From a virus (Duplodnaviria; Heunggongvirae; Uroviricota; Caudoviricetes): a stretch of DNA of 56,823 bases. Positions 28,258 to 37,427 of this stretch are shown piece by piece. Under the pieces are notes generated by a model that ran no database searches, had not been told where the DNA came from, and worked only from the letters and a program-made list of their open reading frames with translations. The position numbers and the translations under genes are program-made. The stretch lies in IMG/VR virus record IMGVR_UViG_3300029615_000411, positions 183,874-240,696 of that record; one strand, written 5' to 3'. Numbering within the stretch: position 1 is the first letter of the stretch; each line of letters begins with the position of its first letter.

Positions 28258-29343
28258 TCAGGCAGGTTTTTTGTCGTTCATCTTGTTACGGATACGGGTC
28301 GCAAATGCCATTGCAACAGCCTTTTCGTCATGAATCGGGAAATACTCAACGTCATCCGCATCGTTGTCTTTGCAGATGTAAACGAAGTAGTGTTCCTTGT
28401 CATGAGTCAGGCACACGGCACCTTCTTTGTACTCCTCGATGGCGTATACGTTCTCCGGAACATTACCGCGTTTCATCAACATCACCATGGAGTTTTCAAA
28501 CTTGGTGAGTTCAACCGCAGGCTGTTCCTCTTCATGGGCAGGAGTTTCCTCAACGGCTTCCTTTGCCGGAACAGGTTCCTCAACGGGTTCCTTAACAGGC
28601 TCCTCTTTAACAGGCTCTTCCTCGACGGGAGCACATGCCTGTTCAACATGTTCATCTTGCTTCTTTTCCACAGGCTCGGTTTTTTCCTGCATAGCAGACT
28701 GGACATCGGGTGCCACTACAACGGGAGGAGTCATATCCTTTTCGTTGTTCTGTCCCATGAGCTTATCAAGCGTTTCGAGCGTAGACTCATCCATGCCCTT
28801 GCTTACTACGGAACCGACAATCTTCTTGTCAGAATCTTCCGTATCAGGTGTTACATGGGTAGCAGTAGTGACTACTTCGGGGATGGACTCGCCATTCGCT
28901 TCTTCCGGCTCATCGTCATCGGAGGATGTGTCAGAAACAGCAGGAGTAGATTCTTTCTTTACCTCTTTCTGTGCCTGCACAGGAGCAGGAGCAGGAGAAA
29001 CCGTCTTCTCTGCTTCTTTGCTTCCCTCTACATCTGCGATGATGTTGTGGATGAGTTTCTTATTCTTTTTGTTTGCGACCATGCTTCGAATCATAGCTGT
29101 CAGAGAAAGGATTGCGCATACCGCAAGCACAATGGTAATGGCAGTGACCAGAATGTCGGATGTCAGCATAGTCAACCCCATGGAATAGAGGATTCCGCCC
29201 TGAAACAGAAGCAGCGTAACCAGCATGGCAAACGATACGATACACGCGATGGCTGTTAAGACGGATGGTGCTTTAGAGAGAGATTTCGAAATGTTATTCA
29301 ATTTTATCACCCTTTGTCTTGTGCCAGATGATTTTGGAATCAT
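28258..29343 (-). CDS. Membrane protein with acidic/Pro-rich linker
   Basis: Two N-terminal transmembrane segments; EEPVK repeats. Confidence 0.8.
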   Translation of the reverse strand: MIPKSSGTRQRVIKLNNISKSLSKAPSVLTAIACIVSFAMLVTLLLFQGGILYSMGLTMLTSDILVTAITIVLAVCAILSLTAMIRSMVANKKNKKLIHNIIADVEGSKEAEKTVSPAPAPVQAQKEVKKESTPAVSDTSSDDDEPEEANGESIPEVVTTATHVTPDTEDSDKKIVGSVVSKGMDESTLETLDKLMGQNNEKDMTPPVVVAPDVQSAMQEKTEPVEKKQDEHVEQACAPVEEEPVKEEPVKEPVEEPVPAKEAVEETPAHEEEQPAVELTKFENSMVMLMKRGNVPENVYAIEEYKEGAVCLTHDKEHYFVYICKDNDADDVEYFPIHDEKAVAMAFATRIRNKMNDKKPA

Positions 29344-29412
29344 TCTGACTGATTGTGTATGTTCTTATTCGGTATATTTATATTATACCACAAAAGCGCG
29401 TTGTAGTCAACG

Positions 29413-30057
29413 CTAAATCCGTGCAACCGAAAATTCTTTTGGAAGAATATTTTCCAAATCCCCGTACAGACAGTGTGTCATCCCAATACTATCCAGCTTT
29501 TCTGCGTAGCGCCGTCTACTGACATCTTTATATCCGAGAGGATTTCCGAGAGCGGCTTCTTCCGGATTTGCTGCTTCCCATTTTCGCAAGACGAAACGCA
29601 CACATTGTTTGTCGTCCTCTGACAGCAAATGCTGTACGATTGTTCGCCACGGAATCACTTCCAGATTTTGACCAAAGTAATCCGGTGGTGTATTTCTGAG
29701 CATGGCAATGACGGGAATCACAGTTACAGGAGCGCTTCCGGCAGCATTCAAAAAATGTTTCGGAACACAAAGCTTATAAGGTATGGCAGACTCTTTGCTT
29801 TCATTCCAGCGGATGACATTTGCTTCTCGGTCTGGCAGCAATTTTTTGATTGCTTTGCGCCATTGTAGCGTTGTACTGATGGTATCCTGACCGATATCAT
29901 TTTCCCGAATGATTCTTCTGATATTCGTTGTCTTTGAGTTCATATCGCTGGCAATCATATCGACAGACTCACCCATTTCGAGCATATTCAGGATGTCTAC
30001 GACTGAATTTGACAATCTTTTGTCCTCACGGTTAATCAAAAACGACAACCTCGACAT
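29413..30057 (-). CDS. Hypothetical protein, possible N-terminal HTH
   Basis: GESVDMIASDMNSKTTNIRRII resembles an HTH. Confidence 0.65.
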   Translation of the reverse strand: MSRLSFLINREDKRLSNSVVDILNMLEMGESVDMIASDMNSKTTNIRRIIRENDIGQDTISTTLQWRKAIKKLLPDREANVIRWNESKESAIPYKLCVPKHFLNAAGSAPVTVIPVIAMLRNTPPDYFGQNLEVIPWRTIVQHLLSEDDKQCVRFVLRKWEAANPEEAALGNPLGYKDVSRRRYAEKLDSIGMTHCLYGDLENILPKEFSVARI

Positions 30058-30232
30058 TGTCGCCTTTGGAATCTACGGTTTTTGGCACATACCTGCCATC
30101 CGGCTTTGCAATAGCAGAGATGTGTCTGGCCCATGCTTTTTCGAGGATTGTAGGCGCAGTATGGTTTCTTATTACGACGATAGCGGTATCCGGAACGTCA
30201 TCCAGATACCGTTTGAGTTCTTTGACGGTCAT
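30032..30232 (-). CDS. Small hypothetical protein (MTVKELKRYL)
   Basis: RBS AGGAGG; ATGA overlap with the upstream gene. Confidence 0.7.
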   Translation of the reverse strand: MTVKELKRYLDDVPDTAIVVIRNHTAPTILEKAWARHISAIAKPDGRYVPKTVDSKGDNVEVVVFD

Positions 30233-30660
30233 TCCGAATCATCCTCCTTTTCACTTTCTGCTTCGACCGCGTTTTCCTCTTTGGCTAATTTTTTATCCCA
30301 CTTTTTTGCTTTGATGAAAAATGAAATATAAATTGCAAAGAAGATAATATTGAATGCGATTATCCATGTTAACTCATCCACACTGATATATGTAACAATG
30401 CTTCCGTCAATATCTTCCAGCAAGTCCAGCAAGATATGTGATATAGAAAAGCATACTAGACAAAGAAGGTTCCAGAATGTGGTTTTAAGTCCAAGCTTGA
30501 TTTTTGCTTTATCCGTTTCTAAATCATCGCGCCATTGCCAATCATCGTTTAGGCAATGCACACAAAGAAACATCATATTTACTATGTTTCAACTAATCAT
30601 AAATGTTTCTAAAAAATTGAATATTATAACAGCAATTTTTGCCATAACATCTGTAACCAT
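30229..30660 (-). pseudogene. Membrane protein gene with an in-frame TGA at 30589-30591
   Basis: ATG 30660 with RBS AAGGAG is in frame with ORF 30229-30576, interrupted by one TGA (FMIS*NIVNMM). Confidence 0.6.
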
Positions 30661-30683
30661 TGTTTCCGTCTCCTTATGAATTT

Positions 30684-30905
30684 TTAGTTTTTGTTTTGTT
30701 TTCTTAATCGTTCGTAGTACAGACACGTCACACGAAGCATTTCATCGTAGCAAAAAACGTCAACTAAGAATGCTATCGTTGTGCGGCTTGGTTCTCCCAT
30801 GACTGTAACCAACACACCAATAAGCACGATATACAGTATCGTCATAACGAGAATATGCACACATTTAATTGTTCTGTAATTTTGTTTTGGTTCTGAAATT
30901 CTCAT
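30684..30905 (-). CDS. Small membrane protein, probably from a leaderless mRNA
   Basis: ATG 30905 lies about 7 nt downstream of the TATAAT of a class-1 promoter; no RBS. Confidence 0.6.
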   Translation of the reverse strand: MRISEPKQNYRTIKCVHILVMTILYIVLIGVLVTVMGEPSRTTIAFLVDVFCYDEMLRVTCLYYERLRKQNKN

Positions 30906-30997
30906 GCTTATATTATACCACATAAACTATATGTAGTCAATCAATGTAAACAAAAAAGAGCCTGCCCACAATGGGCAGACTCTTATGAGAAAATGGA

Positions 30998-31933
30998 TTA
31001 GAGGATAACGCCATCCGGGTTATCCATAGTATACTCCTTGACCTCCACAGAATCAGGCAGCATGTCCCGCTTGAATTCAAGGTCATAGTCGTTGAAGGAA
31101 GTGGGGTTGTTAACACCCGGCTTCAGTTTTGCGACCATAGCGTCCTCGATATCGGTAGGACGTACGCGGCCGCTGTTACGGTTCTGGCGCACGACAACAA
31201 CTTTGCGAACCGTCATCGAAGGACGAACGGAGCTCATGTCATCATCGAACATGTGCAGGATGGTCTGAATGAGGAGCTTGAGGTCGTCCTCAGTCACACC
31301 GTTTCGCAGAATTGCTTTGGTACTGGTCTGAATGCACATGTGATACAAACCATACTCAACAACGCTGAAACGGCCCATCGTACGGTCTTTGTTTTTCGGC
31401 ACCTTTTCGTTTCCCTTGCGTTCATCATCAGAGGAAACGCAGCAGCGAGTATTGGAAATCGAAGCAATCCTTATCGGGTCATACGACATCGGAAAGCTGA
31501 GCTGGAATGCGCCCTCGATTTTGCCGAGCGTGTTATAGCTCGAATAAGAGGTGTTGACCATACCAAACCACCGCGCATCCACGAAGTAGTTGCACAGCTT
31601 TTTGCGCATAGCAAGCTCATCCTCGAACGTGAGCTTTTTGAAGTCACTTGGCTTTTTGCCGAAGCACTCACGAATGCTGCTCTCGATGCTGTAAGTATCG
31701 GGAGAACAGTACAGGTGATTGGTGTCAGGGTCAATCTCGCCAAAATTCGCCATGATGTTCAGAACATTGCGAATCTTGTACTTGACGCACTCAGGGGTCA
31801 TGTAACCAAAGCCCTCAGAGTTCTGGCGAGGTGCGTTTTCGTTGTCGGGGTCGCCGTTGGGGTTGGACATCTTAGCGTCAAAGACGACTTCGATGGTGGT
31901 GGGGGTTTTCAGAATATTTTCAATCATAGCCAT
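30998..31933 (-). CDS. cas7: Type I-C Cas7 (Csd2)
   Basis: SNPNGDPDNENAPR, KYKIRN, DARWFG, RTMGR..VEYGLY and MFDDD.SSVRP motifs; ATG 31933 with RBS AAGGAG. Confidence 0.92.
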   Translation of the reverse strand: MAMIENILKTPTTIEVVFDAKMSNPNGDPDNENAPRQNSEGFGYMTPECVKYKIRNVLNIMANFGEIDPDTNHLYCSPDTYSIESSIRECFGKKPSDFKKLTFEDELAMRKKLCNYFVDARWFGMVNTSYSSYNTLGKIEGAFQLSFPMSYDPIRIASISNTRCCVSSDDERKGNEKVPKNKDRTMGRFSVVEYGLYHMCIQTSTKAILRNGVTEDDLKLLIQTILHMFDDDMSSVRPSMTVRKVVVVRQNRNSGRVRPTDIEDAMVAKLKPGVNNPTSFNDYDLEFKRDMLPDSVEVKEYTMDNPDGVIL

Positions 31934-31950
31934 GTTTTTATTCTCCTTGA

Positions 31951-32352
31951 TTAGTCGTTGTTTTTTACGTTCTTTGCTGCGAGTGCGGCGGCGCAACGGA
32001 TATTCTCACGGCGCTGCTGATAATAGCCGACTACAAAGTAGCCCTGCTGCTCAGGAGAGAGCTTGCTGGGGTAATTACCGTCAAGCATATCAATCAGCTC
32101 AGAAATAACCTTTTCCTTTGCCGTGAAAATAGCGCTCTTTTTGTCGTCGCTGTTAGCCTTTGCGCGGAGCAGGTTGAAGCTCAGGTGCATTTGCGGCATG
32201 GCTTCGGCGGGATTTCCCATAACACGCGCGAAGTAACGCTTCACGAACGTGGTCTGGTTGCTTGGGTCGATTGCTCGCTGAGCACTCTCCATGTGTGCAA
32301 AGATGCGGCCCGTAAGGTACGCGGGGTTGGTGTTATTTTCATTCAGAGACAC
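31951..32352 (-). CDS. cas11: Cas11c small subunit, internal in-frame translation within cas8c
   Basis: AAAGGAAG RBS shortly before in-frame GTG 32352 (VSLNENNTNPAY), the position known for Cas11c starts. Confidence 0.7.
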   Translation of the reverse strand: MSLNENNTNPAYLTGRIFAHMESAQRAIDPSNQTTFVKRYFARVMGNPAEAMPQMHLSFNLLRAKANSDDKKSAIFTAKEKVISELIDMLDGNYPSKLSPEQQGYFVVGYYQQRRENIRCAAALAAKNVKNND

Positions 32353-33882
32353 AGTTAAATCTTCCTTTCCTGCGTTGTTGATGAGATACGCTTTGATAAT
32401 ACCTGCCATTGTGGCGGAAATGCAGCACACGCCATCATCGAGGGTTTTCTTACTCTCTCGGTCTGCTCGGCAAAGAACCATATCCAGAACACGAGCCGGG
32501 TATTTCTCTCCCATGAAGACGCTGCGGCTAATCTGCTTCCAAAGAACAGGGTTATCTACTTTGACTTTCCCTTTTTCGTCCTTGGCGAACAAGGAACGAT
32601 ATACGGTAGTGGGGCGTGCGAAGTCACGAACCGTTCCATCATTCTCCTTGCACTTAGGACTACGTACGATTTCCATATTGTCATAATGACGCTGGAAATG
32701 CTCGCAAAGCTCACCTAACGTGATTTGGGTGAAATCAGAAACGATACTGCCTTTCCCACGAGTACCGACAGTCCAAACATTGACCTTCACATTCTTCTCT
32801 TTCTCCGACAGAGGAATCATTCTCCCCTTTCGAATCTGAGCGATGTGAAGCATCCGCTCGGTCATTTCGCTTCCGCTTTCATCAGAAATAGAAAGCAAAT
32901 TCGAGACGGTGTCGAAGCAGAGGTCAATAATGGCATTTTCTTCTTCCTTAGGAACATCATCGCACCATACGACCATACTTCTCTTGAGGTTGCAGCTTTT
33001 GCTTGCGGGAATGAAAAAGTTCTTTCTACGCGTCAGCAGGTCTTTCGCGGCTTCACAGATTTTATGACCGTCTTTCTGCGAGATGGGGATGGCATTGCCC
33101 TTTTCCCGACCGAAGTAGTTTGTGTTCTTCTTGTTGTTCGAGAGAAGGTATGCGTTTACACCATTGACGGATACATTATTGAAAAGCGTCGCCTTCAATC
33201 CGACTTCTCCGCTAATCATGCTGCGGATATAGGTGGGTTTAGAAGGCAAAACGAATTTCCCGTTTTTATCTTTCTGAGGAATAGGCATTTCACCGTATGC
33301 CGTTGTCAGCTTCTCGTAGTTTTTCTTGAACACATCGTCTTCGAAAATGGGCTTGCCATTATAGAAGAACATGCACTGACCGCCATTGGCGACGTTGCTT
33401 GCAACGATGTAGGGGTTTTCTTCTGCTTTGGTGTTGTCCCAAGTCTCATAGAATTTGTAGATGGCACAAAGAGCCGGAGATTCACCCAGATACTCACGAA
33501 GTCCCAAAACTGCGTTTTTCATCGCACCGTAATAGTCGATAGTGCTAACCTTACCTTTACCATCGTGTTTCGGAGTGCCAAACATATAATGTGCGGCATC
33601 GCAAAACAGATACGGGTAAGCGCCGCTCGTACGGGTACGGCGAACAGGAACCGTGAATTTTTGATAGGGTGTATCCTTGCCTTTAGCCTTGGTCTTGGCC
33701 TTGTCCTCCACCTCATCAGCGTCAGATGTTGCGCCAAGTGCATAGATTCCGGTGAGTTCACCATCATCATTGACCTCTACAGCGTAATTGACTTCCACAA
33801 TCGTCCAGCCGTAAGGCATGACGGTTCCGAGCGGTAACTGTGCATTGTAATGGTCGTACAGAACATTAAGTAAGTCCTTCAT
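31951..33882 (-). CDS. cas8c: Type I-C Cas8c (Csd1)
   Basis: RTSGAYPYLFCD.AHY, LNENNTNPAYLTGRIFA and QQGYFVVGYYQQ motifs; located between cas5 and cas7. Confidence 0.9.
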   Translation of the reverse strand: MKDLLNVLYDHYNAQLPLGTVMPYGWTIVEVNYAVEVNDDGELTGIYALGATSDADEVEDKAKTKAKGKDTPYQKFTVPVRRTRTSGAYPYLFCDAAHYMFGTPKHDGKGKVSTIDYYGAMKNAVLGLREYLGESPALCAIYKFYETWDNTKAEENPYIVASNVANGGQCMFFYNGKPIFEDDVFKKNYEKLTTAYGEMPIPQKDKNGKFVLPSKPTYIRSMISGEVGLKATLFNNVSVNGVNAYLLSNNKKNTNYFGREKGNAIPISQKDGHKICEAAKDLLTRRKNFFIPASKSCNLKRSMVVWCDDVPKEEENAIIDLCFDTVSNLLSISDESGSEMTERMLHIAQIRKGRMIPLSEKEKNVKVNVWTVGTRGKGSIVSDFTQITLGELCEHFQRHYDNMEIVRSPKCKENDGTVRDFARPTTVYRSLFAKDEKGKVKVDNPVLWKQISRSVFMGEKYPARVLDMVLCRADRESKKTLDDGVCCISATMAGIIKAYLINNAGKEDLTVSLNENNTNPAYLTGRIFAHMESAQRAIDPSNQTTFVKRYFARVMGNPAEAMPQMHLSFNLLRAKANSDDKKSAIFTAKEKVISELIDMLDGNYPSKLSPEQQGYFVVGYYQQRRENIRCAAALAAKNVKNND

Positions 33883-34549
33883 AACAGTGGAAATACTCTC
33901 CTTTCGTGAAGTCGATAATCCCATTCTCGATTGTCAGATGTCTGCAAACCAAGTCAGGGTCTTTCGGCTTTGTATAATCTTCGGTAAATGGCATAAACCC
34001 AAGGTCTTCATTAAAAGGCTGCGTGGGCTTGATGTCATCGCTGTTGATGAGCTTGAAATTCATCGGGTCCATTGCAATACCAAGATACGGCACTTTGTTT
34101 CCGCAGCCGCCGTTTATGTACTTGGTAAGCATCTCGTAATACTTATCAAGGTTCATACCTTCCTGCATCGTATTCATCTGAACCAGATAGACGATGATGG
34201 TGTATCGAACATTGACAAGACATTCACGAGAACGCTGCCCGCGACCCTCGTTATACCCGTTTTGCGTGATACGCTCTTTCTTTATGGGATTGTGGATATA
34301 AACAGCGGTTGGAATGGTTTCAACGCCGGGATGCCAATAAATTGCATCGATTGCACCCTTTAATGCGGAAAAGGTTGGAACTTCATAGGTAACGCCTTCA
34401 ACACGCATACCGGGAATGGTGAATCCGGCAAATTTAGAGTCAACCTCTAAGATGATGGGCTTAGGATAGACACTAATTGCTTTGTGATTGCGGTTGATAA
34501 GTTCCGCATTCTCCATAATTTTGTGTCTATCAACACATGGTATTTTCAC
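33866..34549 (-). CDS. cas5: Type I-C Cas5 (Cas5d, crRNA processing)
   Basis: FAGFTIPGMRVEGVTYEVPTFSALKGAIDAIYWHP, PYLG and DLGFM motifs; GTG 34549 with RBS GGAGG. Confidence 0.9.
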   Translation of the reverse strand: MKIPCVDRHKIMENAELINRNHKAISVYPKPIILEVDSKFAGFTIPGMRVEGVTYEVPTFSALKGAIDAIYWHPGVETIPTAVYIHNPIKKERITQNGYNEGRGQRSRECLVNVRYTIIVYLVQMNTMQEGMNLDKYYEMLTKYINGGCGNKVPYLGIAMDPMNFKLINSDDIKPTQPFNEDLGFMPFTEDYTKPKDPDLVCRHLTIENGIIDFTKGEYFHCYEGLT

Positions 34550-34573
34550 GATTAAATCCTCCGTTTCTTTTTG

Positions 34574-34690
34574 GCAACAAAAATACCGCCACCTCATAAC
34601 GAGATGGCGGCATGTCGATTTTAAATTGTAAAAGTGCCTTTTTTATTTTTGGTATGACCTTAGTATACTAACTTTGCAGCAAATGGCGAG
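34574..34690 (-). promoter_or_regulatory. Class-2 promoter/leader-terminator module driving cas5-cas8c-cas7
   Basis: Palindrome at 34671, TATACT, AAAATCGA, GCCGCCATCTC/GAGGTGGCGGT with T-run. Confidence 0.85.
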
Positions 34691-34696
34691 CATCCC

Positions 34697-36895
34697 TCAG
34701 GCTGCTGCGTCAAAGATGACACCGATATTTGTGTACAATCCCATATCTACGAGATTGCAAATATCAGGTTCTTCTACATCGTTGCATACTTTTGTGGTCA
34801 ATACCTCGGTGGAAGCTGCAAGGTACTTATCGTATTTGCTTCTTCGCACAGAAACGGCATATTTACCTACTTTGCGGATATCATCTTTTGTTGCGGTTTG
34901 ATTACGAATCTTTCCGACAAGTTCAGATGCTTCGGCTGTCTGGGAAATGATGACCGTTACGGTATCTTCATCGATGATTTTGAACTTCTGGCTTATGTCC
35001 TGAAATGGGATAAGTTTTGAGTTCGCCATCTTTACGATGTAGAATTTATCAAGCCCATCGCCCTTATAACCGTAGAGTCTCGAAAAATACTCATGGATTG
35101 CTTTCGGCGAATCCGCATCATATTTCTGCAGGATGCCTCTGGTGATACTTTTTTTGTTATCGGATTCATTACAGCCTCTTGAAGTCCCATTCCTCAGCGC
35201 TCGATATTCCTCCTGCGGTCCATCGAATACAAACAGGGTACTATTGCCGCAGTCGCGAAGTCCGTTTCTGTTCACGCGTCCTGCTGTCTGCAAAATGGAA
35301 TCAAGCCCATAAAGTTCACGATAACCGTACGGAAAATCCACATCAACACCGGACTCAATCAAAGATGTTGAGATGACAATGCAGGGCTCATCATCTTTTA
35401 AATTCTGCCGGATTTGACGGAGAAGTTTTTCTCGGTCATAAGGAGTGATGTCTGTAGTAAGGCAATACAGGTTTTTACAACGGCCGTTCTCAATGGCAGT
35501 ATAAATAGCTTTCGCCTCTTCCTTTTCATTGACAACACATAGACATTGCTTATGCTTCTGGATTCGTTCCGTGAGGTTCTTCGCTGTAACAGTGCCAATA
35601 TTTTCAATACTGCAGCGACGGAAGGGCTTCACATAACTTTCAGAATCATCAATAATCTCACGGGGCTTGATGGTTTCGAAGTAAGGTTCAAGAGTAGGCT
35701 GTGTAGCGGTACTGAGAACGATACGTGCGCCGAAATTAGCTGCAAGAGATTCGATACACTTGATGCAGGGCTTCAAGTATTTTACAGGAAGCTGCTGTAC
35801 CTCATCAAAGATGATAACGCTGTCCGCGATATTATGAAGCTTTCTGCTTTTAGCAGGCTTGTTGGAAAAGAAACTCTCAAAAAATTGTACATTCGTCGTG
35901 ACGACAATCGGAATATCCCAGTTTTCTGATGCGTATTGAAGAAGCTTGCCTTGCTTGCTGTCCTCAAAATCAAATCCGGAATGGTTTTCCAGAATATTCT
36001 TCTCTCCTACAATTCCACGCAGCACAGAAGCCGTCTGTGTTGTAATCGTATTAAATGGAATAACGACGATGATGCGCTTGATGCTTTTATCCTTTTTTGC
36101 TGCCGCAATAGCATAAGCAAAAGAAGATAAGGTTTTAGACCCACCAGTAGGAATACTCAGTGTGCGAATATCTCCTTTCCGGGAATTGGAACCGGCATCC
36201 AAACACTGCAGCATCATTTGCGTGCGCATATGGTTGATTTCTTCGTCTTTACTGAACGGCTGGTTCTTTCTCCTCATCATTTCATTATCTTTATCAATCC
36301 ACGGCTGAACGTGCTTTCTGAACATATCGTAGATGTCAGAAAAGCTATCATAGTCATAGCTTCTCGGTGAATAACCACGCATAAATCGTTCCGTGTCCTG
36401 ATAATCAGCATCGGTAAGGCATGAAAACTCCATTTTCGTAAAGGCGTACTGACCAAAGACTTTATTCTTCCGTGCAAATTCCGGAATAATTTCAGTCTGG
36501 CTGATTGCGTCCGAAGAAAAATATTCCCGTGCCGTGGTAATGTCTTGGCTCCGCTCAGCAAGAGCAGCTCTCACATTGGTGATGGTGTCGAGAACATTGT
36601 GCAAGCCGCTATGGTGACCTGCTGTTATAACAGCAGACAAGACATCGTTGGCTTGGCAATTTAACGCCGCTGCGATGATAGCGTGTGGGGATTTTGCGTT
36701 TTTGTCGGGAGCTTGGATGTATTGTTGGAAACCTACCGTATCCTTTCCAGCATCGTGGCTTATCCCTATTCTTTCGGCGAATTTTTCCCCGCCAAATGGA
36801 GCAGCAAAAGAAGCGGCCATTTTAGCAACATTTTGGCCGTGTTCCTGCAGGCTCTGTTCTCTGCCGTCTTTGGATTTGTGAGCGATAATATTCAA
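34697..36895 (-). CDS. cas3: Cas3 HD nuclease-helicase
   Basis: HD motifs (EH, HDAGK, GHH, DAD), PTGGSKT, DEVQ, SAT and QTAGRVNR; TTG 36895 with RBS. Confidence 0.95.
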   Translation of the reverse strand: MNIIAHKSKDGREQSLQEHGQNVAKMAASFAAPFGGEKFAERIGISHDAGKDTVGFQQYIQAPDKNAKSPHAIIAAALNCQANDVLSAVITAGHHSGLHNVLDTITNVRAALAERSQDITTAREYFSSDAISQTEIIPEFARKNKVFGQYAFTKMEFSCLTDADYQDTERFMRGYSPRSYDYDSFSDIYDMFRKHVQPWIDKDNEMMRRKNQPFSKDEEINHMRTQMMLQCLDAGSNSRKGDIRTLSIPTGGSKTLSSFAYAIAAAKKDKSIKRIIVVIPFNTITTQTASVLRGIVGEKNILENHSGFDFEDSKQGKLLQYASENWDIPIVVTTNVQFFESFFSNKPAKSRKLHNIADSVIIFDEVQQLPVKYLKPCIKCIESLAANFGARIVLSTATQPTLEPYFETIKPREIIDDSESYVKPFRRCSIENIGTVTAKNLTERIQKHKQCLCVVNEKEEAKAIYTAIENGRCKNLYCLTTDITPYDREKLLRQIRQNLKDDEPCIVISTSLIESGVDVDFPYGYRELYGLDSILQTAGRVNRNGLRDCGNSTLFVFDGPQEEYRALRNGTSRGCNESDNKKSITRGILQKYDADSPKAIHEYFSRLYGYKGDGLDKFYIVKMANSKLIPFQDISQKFKIIDEDTVTVIISQTAEASELVGKIRNQTATKDDIRKVGKYAVSVRRSKYDKYLAASTEVLTTKVCNDVEEPDICNLVDMGLYTNIGVIFDAAA

Positions 36896-36915
36896 TTTTA
36901 ATCCTTCCTTCCTAC

Positions 36916-36950
36916 AAAATAACGTCATCTCGATGAGATGACGTTATTTT
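36916..36950 (-). terminator. Perfect 16-bp hairpin between array 2 and cas3
   Basis: AAAATAACGTCATCTC-GAT-GAGATGACGTTATTTT, with the same CATCTC/GAGATG core as the module hairpins. Confidence 0.8.
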
Positions 36951-36966
36951 GATTTTTAATATAACG

Positions 36967-37132
36967 ATTTTAATCTAACGCAACCCGTGTGGGTTGCAAC
37001 GCAAGTTCGTTTGCCTTTCCTGAATTCCAATTTCAATCTAACGCAACCTGTGTGGGTTGCAACGGTTTGCGGGAATGCTCTCGCATTGATATTGCCCTAT
37101 TTCAATCTAACGCAACCTGTGTGGGTTGCAAC
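36967..37132 (-). CRISPR. Type I-C mini-array 2 (3 repeats, 2 spacers)
   Basis: Repeats at 36967 (degenerate terminal), 37030 and 37099; spacers of 29 and 35 nt. Confidence 0.95.
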
Positions 37133-37305
37133 AGCAAACTTGCACAAATGAAGCAACGAGTTGTCATGCATTTTGTACAATGTTTGTCTGTTTTTTGACC
37201 AAACAATATGGTCAGATACTACTTACTGCAACGGTACCATATCCTTTCTATATAATACTCGGTGCGAAGCGACCAGTAAAACCATGTTCACTTATCATTC
37301 GCACC
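37133..37305 (-). promoter_or_regulatory. CRISPR leader (copy 2)
   Basis: Near-duplicate of 18423-18597. Confidence 0.85.
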
Positions 37306-37309
37306 TGTA

Positions 37310-37423
37310 GCAAACAAAAATACCGTCACCTCACAACGATATGGCGGTATGTTGATTTTAAATGTTTGTTTGCTTTTATTTCTGGTATGCTCTAAGTATA
37401 TTTACTTTGCAGCAAATAGCAAG
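37310..37423 (-). promoter_or_regulatory. Class-2 promoter/leader-terminator module driving array 2 and cas3
   Basis: TTGCTA-TTTGCTGCAAAGTAAA-TATACT (palindrome at 37404) and conserved hairpin. Confidence 0.85.
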
Positions 37424-37427
37424 AAAA

